64,000 nucleotides of DNA from a virus, in the IMG/VR virus record IMGVR_UViG_3300027777_000002, positions 2,559 to 66,558 of that record; one strand, written 5' to 3'. The position numbers and the translations under genes were made by a program. Shown here piece by piece: positions 58,287 to 64,000 of this stretch. Position 1 is the stretch's first letter, and each line of letters opens with the position of its first letter. The notes under the pieces were generated by a model. The model saw nothing but the letters and a program-made list of their open reading frames with translations. It searched no databases and had not been told where the DNA came from.

Positions 58287-58685
58287 TTAAGTTGTTGGTT
58301 TAGTAACGGTTACGGTGTTTTCAGTTAAAGAAGATAACCCCGCCGGAACCTTTCCGGGATTTTCTTCCAAAAATAAAGCCATATTAGATTGAGAAATTCT
58401 TCTTTCTACCAAATCCAAAGCATCGTTGTCCATCATAAATGTTTTGAATGAATCCCAATCGTCTGTGTAGTACCTCTTTTTAGTAGACAGGGAGATGTTG
58501 CCGCCCTCTGTTTTAACAGACTTAAGTCCAAGTTCACGCATTTGATCTTTCATAGCGTTCTTGAGTTCGTCTTTCTGTTCTTCCAGTTTGTCTAACTGTT
58601 TTTGTATTTCTTGCGTTTTTAAATATATCTTTCGATACACTCTTGCTAAAGTTTCTAGCGGTACTACTTCGTTTTCTTCTGACAT
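58287..58685 (-). CDS. conserved replication-module protein
   Basis: Coiled coil followed by SVKTEGG...DWDSF...VPAGL. Confidence 0.7.
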   Translation of the reverse strand: MSEENEVVPLETLARVYRKIYLKTQEIQKQLDKLEEQKDELKNAMKDQMRELGLKSVKTEGGNISLSTKKRYYTDDWDSFKTFMMDNDALDLVERRISQSNMALFLEENPGKVPAGLSSLTENTVTVTKPTT

Positions 58686-58716
58686 CTATTTTCTCCTTTC
58701 AATGTCTTTGTCAAAT

Positions 58717-58745
58717 ACTTTACATCTACAGCGGTGCAAATACAA
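58717..58745 (-). promoter_or_regulatory. putative sigma70 promoter
   Basis: TTGTAT-17 bp-TAAAGT on the minus strand. Confidence 0.45.
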
Positions 58746-58764
58746 CCCGATATAGGGTTTTTAC

Positions 58765-60324
58765 TTATCCGTTAATCTCTTCTTTATACAAGCTTAACAG
58801 AATGTCGTGTCCTCTTACCCGTTTTTCTAATTGGGCGAACATCTTTTTTTCTATCTCGCTACCTTGTAAGTGTATCACAGTTACTTTCGTAGAATCCTGT
58901 CCGATTCGGTCAGCACGAGCAATACATTGAAGGTAGGTTTCTACAGACATAACTGGTCCATAGAAAATTACTGTATCAGCCGCAGTAAGCGTTACACCAT
59001 GAGATGCGGATTGCGGTTGAACTACTAAAATACGGGGGTCAGGAAGCGTTTGGAAGCGTTTAAAGATGTCTGTGCGTTTGGATACCCCTACATCCCCATG
59101 AATTACTTCAGAGGCTACATTGTGCTTTAAAAGGTGCGTATGAATGGTTTCTATACTGTGTCTAAACGGCGCAAAGACAATGACCTTGCGGTTAGTTTCT
59201 TCTAATACTTCCAGTAGTACTTGTAGACGTGGGGCGCAATCAAACTCCACAACTTCATGGTCGTCTGTGTATGCCGCACCAGCGCTGATTTGAAGAAGCT
59301 TGCTAACACCAGCCGCCGCATTAACTGCGGTAATTGTTTCTCCAGCCGCTTGCATAACCATTTTGTCTTTCAACTGCCTGTAGTATTTAACTTGCTGTGA
59401 AGTTAGCGGTATCTCTCGGGTTTCTGTAAGGACTGGTGGTAGGTCGGTACATTCTTCTTTGGTAAACCTAATGGCTGGTTGTAGCGCCTCAAATACTGCT
59501 TCAGCCGCACCCTTCTTTGGAACCCATTTGAACTGTGTAAGTTTCTGCATAGTCTTGTCACGCCATGCAGTAGCAAACTTAGGCACACCGCCGGGATTAA
59601 CTAACCTAGCCAAACCGTACGCATCTACAGGCGATTGAGAAGCTGGCGTTCCTGTCATCATCCAAAGCATTGTGTCAGGCTTAAGTATTTTGTTAAGTGA
59701 TTTCCAGCGTTTAGTGGATGTGTTTTTGTATGCGTTAGCTTCGTCAACAATCACTAGGTCAAACTTGCCGTTGGCAACTACCTCGTCAGCAATTAGATTT
59801 AATCCGTCATAGTTGACTACTACAAACTCGTAACTACCCTGAACCATTTCTATACGGCGAGTAGCTTGCGCATGATGAGCCACCACAATCGAACGATGAA
59901 TAATACTCTTGCCAACACCATTCATCCAAGCGTCGTGCATGATAGATAGCGGACAGAGGATAAGGCAACGGCGCACAATCCCTAAATTCATTAAGTAGTC
60001 AGCCGCCCATAAAGCACTGAGGGTTTTCCCTGTGCCGGGGTCATTAAATACAAAGGCTCTGCGATTGAGCGTTAAGAACTCTGAGGTATCTTCTTGGTGT
60101 GCAAACGGCTTATACATTCCGGGCCATTTATACCTAGCGCGTATGGGAGAAGGGGCGCCTTTAACACCTAGATTGCGTAACACACGCACTTCGTCTAGTC
60201 CCCACTTAACTGCGACTTTATGTATGCTGCCATTCGATTCCACAATGGCGTGGTTAGGTATGACTGCGTATTTTTCAGGGTTGCGGGTATTAAACACCAG
60301 CGCTTTGTTTTGTACAATTTCCAT
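58765..60324 (-). CDS. SNF2-family helicase
   Basis: PGTGKT, VDEA, MTGTP, HGVTLTAA, QCIARADRIGQ. Confidence 0.92.
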   Translation of the reverse strand: MEIVQNKALVFNTRNPEKYAVIPNHAIVESNGSIHKVAVKWGLDEVRVLRNLGVKGAPSPIRARYKWPGMYKPFAHQEDTSEFLTLNRRAFVFNDPGTGKTLSALWAADYLMNLGIVRRCLILCPLSIMHDAWMNGVGKSIIHRSIVVAHHAQATRRIEMVQGSYEFVVVNYDGLNLIADEVVANGKFDLVIVDEANAYKNTSTKRWKSLNKILKPDTMLWMMTGTPASQSPVDAYGLARLVNPGGVPKFATAWRDKTMQKLTQFKWVPKKGAAEAVFEALQPAIRFTKEECTDLPPVLTETREIPLTSQQVKYYRQLKDKMVMQAAGETITAVNAAAGVSKLLQISAGAAYTDDHEVVEFDCAPRLQVLLEVLEETNRKVIVFAPFRHSIETIHTHLLKHNVASEVIHGDVGVSKRTDIFKRFQTLPDPRILVVQPQSASHGVTLTAADTVIFYGPVMSVETYLQCIARADRIGQDSTKVTVIHLQGSEIEKKMFAQLEKRVRGHDILLSLYKEEING

Positions 60325-60584
60325 TACACCATCCTGTAGGTTAAGCCCGAGTTACCATCAGGTGCGGTAACAAGTCTGTGAGATTCTAAAAGGTTAGCCA
60401 TAACTAAACGCATAAACGTATTAGCCCAAAACGGGTCTTCTTTAATTTCTTCAACAGTAACCCAGTTGTTGCCCCATCTAGCCAACCACATAGCTTCAAG
60501 CGTATCAGTAGGTGTATCAAAAGCTGGTGATGCTTCATTAAAAACTTCACCAAAATCTCTGAATAAACTGCTTAGTAGTTCCAT
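60324..60584 (-). CDS. hypothetical protein
   Basis: 86 aa; AAAGGA RBS; TAATG coupling. Confidence 0.7.
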   Translation of the reverse strand: MELLSSLFRDFGEVFNEASPAFDTPTDTLEAMWLARWGNNWVTVEEIKEDPFWANTFMRLVMANLLESHRLVTAPDGNSGLTYRMV

Positions 60585-60608
60585 GTTTTCCTTTCGTTGT
60601 TGTCAGTA

Positions 60609-60848
60609 TTATTTTTTGTTGTCTGACATATTTGCTTTGGGAGATCGTAGTCTTAGGTTGCCCTTTGTTGACTTGCCCCCCGCTTTCAAAGGCTTGATGT
60701 GGTCAATGTGTTTGCCCTTGCGGTCAACGCCTTCTTTATCGTATTTGCGTCTTGCACGTTGGCGCTCGATTTGGTCATCGGTTTCGCCTGTTTTCTTTTG
60801 CAGTTTGTATGCGTGTTTAAAGTCACGTTTGCCATTTACTTGAGTCAT
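60609..60848 (-). CDS. small HNH endonuclease
   Basis: IDHIKPL..GG...NLRL....N; start reassigned to MTQVNG. Confidence 0.85.
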   Translation of the reverse strand: MTQVNGKRDFKHAYKLQKKTGETDDQIERQRARRKYDKEGVDRKGKHIDHIKPLKAGGKSTKGNLRLRSPKANMSDNKK

Positions 60849-60855
60849 ACTAGTC

Positions 60856-61515
60856 CTAGTGCTTGGGGTTAAATTCACAAGTTTTGACCTGACACCAACC
60901 GCATAGGGGTGTGCTTGTAGGATTCCAAACACCATTTGCATGGCTGGCTTCCAGTCTAGCTACCCTTTCCCTATACAACTGCCAGTGAAAGTCTTTCTCG
61001 TCTAACATCATTTTAGACTTAACCATACTATTTTTCACTACAAAAAGCAAAGATGAGTTTACTTGCCGTATATGAGGGAAATGGGCAAACACCATCAGGG
61101 ACATCAGAATTAGCTGATCTCTGTCGGGGTATCTATCGTTGCCTGTTTTGTAATCAACTACCCAAGCCTTTAGCCCATCGTCATCTATGATAACCAAATC
61201 AGCAATTCCTCTAGCCCAAACATCCTCAGCATCGAACGCACAGGGGGAAAGATCAACCCGAACACCCATCTCTAACTCAGGTAGTTTCCTACCCTTGATC
61301 TTCATAAGTTGTTCTAGAATCGGTTTCATGTAGGCGTATTCTTCGGGAACTTCCTTGCCCTCTTTAACATACAACTCAGCCGCTTCATGCACTTGCTTGC
61401 CGTAGCGTGTGTGAACTGTGTCTTGAAAGGGGTAGTTCTTTAATACCTTAACTTCGTAGAACCGCCTAGCACAACCCTCGTAATCTTTTAACCCACTGTG
61501 TGACCACTTTATCAC
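60856..61515 (-). CDS. PD-(D/E)XK Cas4/RecB-like exonuclease
   Basis: WSHS....CARRF, GIADLV, VDYKTG, QL, CGWC...C. Confidence 0.88.
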   Translation of the reverse strand: MIKWSHSGLKDYEGCARRFYEVKVLKNYPFQDTVHTRYGKQVHEAAELYVKEGKEVPEEYAYMKPILEQLMKIKGRKLPELEMGVRVDLSPCAFDAEDVWARGIADLVIIDDDGLKAWVVDYKTGNDRYPDRDQLILMSLMVFAHFPHIRQVNSSLLFVVKNSMVKSKMMLDEKDFHWQLYRERVARLEASHANGVWNPTSTPLCGWCQVKTCEFNPKH

Positions 61516-63458
61516 TTAGCATCTCCGTATCGTTTAGCGCTACTTACTTCTGCATCTAAGGGAATACCTTGCATATAGTGTGGCTCCATGACCATCTGCG
61601 CCAAGACCCAGTTTTCAGCTTCAGTAGCTTCTTCCTCAGGGACTAGCGCAACAACTTCATCATGTACTGTCAGCACGCATGGGTATCTTTCTTGGATACG
61701 CAACATACCATCAGTCATAACACAACGAGCCACAGCCTGAACGATGTTTTCTACTAGCTTACCGCCATATAGTTTCTTCTCGTCAGGACCATACATCCAT
61801 TGCGGTCTGCCTTGTGCGTCAGGTTTACTCTTAATACTTGGGTAACGCAAAGCCAAACCGCTAGGTAGTATTATACGCTCCTTTTCAAATATTAGACACT
61901 TGTGTTCGTAAGGTTTGCCCTCTGAAATACTGTGGGGTATTAACGAATTACATAACTCCCAAAAGCTAACTACGGGTTGAGCCGCATACCTATATTTGTT
62001 GATGATTTCTTTAGCCGCTAAGCAGTGAATTAATAATTCTCCTTCCGAGCAGGTATGTGGTATGTTGTGCATCATTTCCACGTTGCGCTCCCAACCTAAG
62101 AAGTCTTCAATGCTTTGTTCAGTTACACCAAGTTGTTTAGCAAATGGTTTGTCGTATAGCGTGGGCGATGCGCCAAGGAACCCAGTAAGAAGTTGTGCAG
62201 AAAAGCTAGCCCAACCCATGCCATATCCACAACCTAGAAGTGCCGACTTCGCCGACTGCCTAAGCGTGGGGTGACTTTCTTTAGATAGGTTCGAGATGTT
62301 GAACATCTGTGCGCCAAACGACGCATAAGCATCCTTCCCCGATGCAAAGATATCAAGAAGGGCTTCGTAGTCGGCGAGGTAGGCAAGAACCCTTGGCTCA
62401 ATTTGCGATAGATCGCAGACGACGAGCGTGTATCCTTGTGGAGCCTTAATAGCTTTGCGTAAGAACGATCCCCGCTTGAGGTTTTGAAGATTAAGCCCCG
62501 AACCCTTGGACGCTGACCAACGACCGGTATGTGCGCCGTAGTAGTTGAGTGGGACAGGAAGCGCACCTCGTTCTGAAATATCTGCAAATCTTTGCGCCCT
62601 TGTGCGCTCAAGCGTCGATTTAACTTTAAGCCTTGCCTCGCAAATAAGCGCAACATCTTCGTTACTGCCATTAAGCAATGCTTGGAAGAGCGCATCACTC
62701 TTAGCGAACGCATAAGTTTCCTCGCCAGTTGTCTTGCTGATTTTGACTGGTGGCTTAACTCCAAGTTCCGTAAGTACTGTAGCAAATTTAGGGTTACTAG
62801 CAAGCGCCGTTTCATCAATGTTAATTTTCGCAAGCAACGCTTCCCTCTTTGTTCTCTCATCTTCGATTGCTTCATCTAGCATCTCCTTATCTAACTCAAG
62901 TCTAGGAAACACAAACATCTTGAGAGTCATGTCTATCAAACGTAACTCATCTTTGGGGTATCCCTTGACCAATCTTTTAAATATACTTTCGCACAACTCT
63001 ACATCGTGCATACAGTAAGCGGCTAACTCAACTTCCATCTCGTAGGTTATCTCTGACAAGCCGTTGGTGCTATGAACTGCCTGACCTTTGGGCGGTAGCT
63101 TAAAGTCTTCTGCTAACTTGGCTAGGCTGTTACCTACTTCTACACCACGAAGCGCTCGTGCCATAGAGAGGGAGTCTAGTATGAATTTAGGTCGCACACC
63201 ATACACCCATGCAAGGATGGCTATATCAAACTGAGCGTTGTGCGCTAGCACGTTGGTGTTCTCCCAGTCTATGCTACTAACCCACGCTGGAATGTCATCG
63301 TGCGTAACCCATTGTGCTTCGCCTTCTCCATACCACTTGTAGCCGATACCAAATGCTTTGAACATCGGGCTTCGTATGTATTCTTCCGTTGTCATTTTGC
63401 TCAACGTGTAATCCTTACTATCCCACCGAGTTTCAAAATCTATTACCAATGTTTTCAT
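61512..63458 (-). CDS. polA: DNA polymerase family A
   Basis: DFET exonuclease motif, HNAQFD, TGRWS, NLQNL, DLSQIE, KSALLGCGYG, ENIVQ, VHDE. Confidence 0.95.
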   Translation of the reverse strand: MKTLVIDFETRWDSKDYTLSKMTTEEYIRSPMFKAFGIGYKWYGEGEAQWVTHDDIPAWVSSIDWENTNVLAHNAQFDIAILAWVYGVRPKFILDSLSMARALRGVEVGNSLAKLAEDFKLPPKGQAVHSTNGLSEITYEMEVELAAYCMHDVELCESIFKRLVKGYPKDELRLIDMTLKMFVFPRLELDKEMLDEAIEDERTKREALLAKINIDETALASNPKFATVLTELGVKPPVKISKTTGEETYAFAKSDALFQALLNGSNEDVALICEARLKVKSTLERTRAQRFADISERGALPVPLNYYGAHTGRWSASKGSGLNLQNLKRGSFLRKAIKAPQGYTLVVCDLSQIEPRVLAYLADYEALLDIFASGKDAYASFGAQMFNISNLSKESHPTLRQSAKSALLGCGYGMGWASFSAQLLTGFLGASPTLYDKPFAKQLGVTEQSIEDFLGWERNVEMMHNIPHTCSEGELLIHCLAAKEIINKYRYAAQPVVSFWELCNSLIPHSISEGKPYEHKCLIFEKERIILPSGLALRYPSIKSKPDAQGRPQWMYGPDEKKLYGGKLVENIVQAVARCVMTDGMLRIQERYPCVLTVHDEVVALVPEEEATEAENWVLAQMVMEPHYMQGIPLDAEVSSAKRYGDAK

Positions 63459-63622
63459 TTAATATCCAATAGGTCTTGAGGTTTGATGCCACGCTTTTCT
63501 AGCACTTCTTTAATCTTCTGCATAGCGTTGCGTTCTATGTGCTGTATCTTTGATCTACTTACACCAAATACTTTAGCAATTTCAGCGTGCGTCATTGGTG
63601 CGGTTTGTTTTCCTACGTTCAT
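63455..63622 (-). CDS. sigma70 region 4-like HTH protein
   Basis: MTHAEIAKVFGVSRSKIQHIERNAMQKI; start position uncertain. Confidence 0.8.
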   Translation of the reverse strand: MNVGKQTAPMTHAEIAKVFGVSRSKIQHIERNAMQKIKEVLEKRGIKPQDLLDIK

Positions 63623-63788
63623 TTTTTGCCTTTCGTTTAGCTTCTTTCTCACATTGTTCTATGTATTGTTTAAGAATTGCTATCACACCTTCTTGAACTA
63701 GAAAGCCTAGCCCTTCTTCGTCAAACCTAAGTAAACAATCTGCGGAACCATCAGGGTTTTCAGTTGTTTTTATTATCTTAATTTCCAT
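63582..63788 (-). CDS. hypothetical protein
   Basis: ENPDGSAD motif common in small phage proteins. Confidence 0.7.
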   Translation of the reverse strand: MEIKIIKTTENPDGSADCLLRFDEEGLGFLVQEGVIAILKQYIEQCEKEAKRKAKNERRKTNRTNDAR

Positions 63789-64000
63789 TTTTTTGTGCCT
63801 TTCTTAGTTGTTTGTTAAATTCATCGACTTCTTTCCACCAAGCGTCTGTGTATTTTGCTGGTTTTACTTCCTCATCTGTTAATTGATTTGTTTCTTTTCC
63901 CGCATCAAACCCATATTGCCAACCCATTTCAATCAATAGCAACTCATCTTTTGTATAGGCTTTAGTGCGTGGTTCGCCATCTTCTAACCATTGACCAGCT
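63778..64000 (-). CDS. hypothetical protein, 5' end outside the window
   Basis: Open frame 63999-63778 (...LTDEEV...LRKAQKNGN*). Confidence 0.6.
   Translation of the reverse strand, partial: AGQWLEDGEPRTKAYTKDELLLIEMGWQYGFDAGKETNQLTDEEVKPAKYTDAWWKEVDEFNKQLRKAQKNGN

Noticed and set aside
1-64000. tRNA genes, integrase/att sites, introns/inteins, alternative genetic code
   Set aside because: I found no cloverleaf or recombinase motifs by eye. terL, polA and helicase are uninterrupted and of normal size, and all three stop codons end genes with dense standard-code coding. tRNAscan-SE was not run.

Overview
The window is most of a tailed dsDNA bacteriophage genome, probably podovirus-like. Its gene set resembles uncultured freshwater Betaproteobacteria (Polynucleobacter-like) phages; the host is an inference. 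It has three blocks. (1) 1-9650, minus strand: many small early genes, a MoxR-like AAA ATPase + metallopeptidase/vWA + DUF3150-like triad, and a candidate replication origin at about 8060-8320. (2) 10038-53997, plus strand: terminases, 2OG-Fe(II) oxygenase, portal, GroES-like chaperonin, scaffold, Mu-gpT-like major capsid protein, small basic proteins, tail/fibre genes, holin, GH19 endolysin, and internal virion proteins including an SLT-domain protein and a 2807-aa polyvalent protein. (3) 53954-64000, minus strand: primase-helicase, HTH, SSB, SNF2 helicase, HNH, PD-(D/E)XK nuclease and family A DNA polymerase. I saw no integrase, tRNA or CRISPR array. The most notable non-routine signals are: a sigma70 promoter with a PhaR-box-like palindrome in its spacer driving a 47-aa amphipathic ORF; three candidate structured RNAs (one probably Mu-gpT-DE); four TGTGGGA-N5-TCCCACA palindromes confined to the early region; apparent absence of CCGG in the first 10 kb; and short GG-containing motifs shared by many late proteins. 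All family assignments come from motif recognition by eye, not from database searches.
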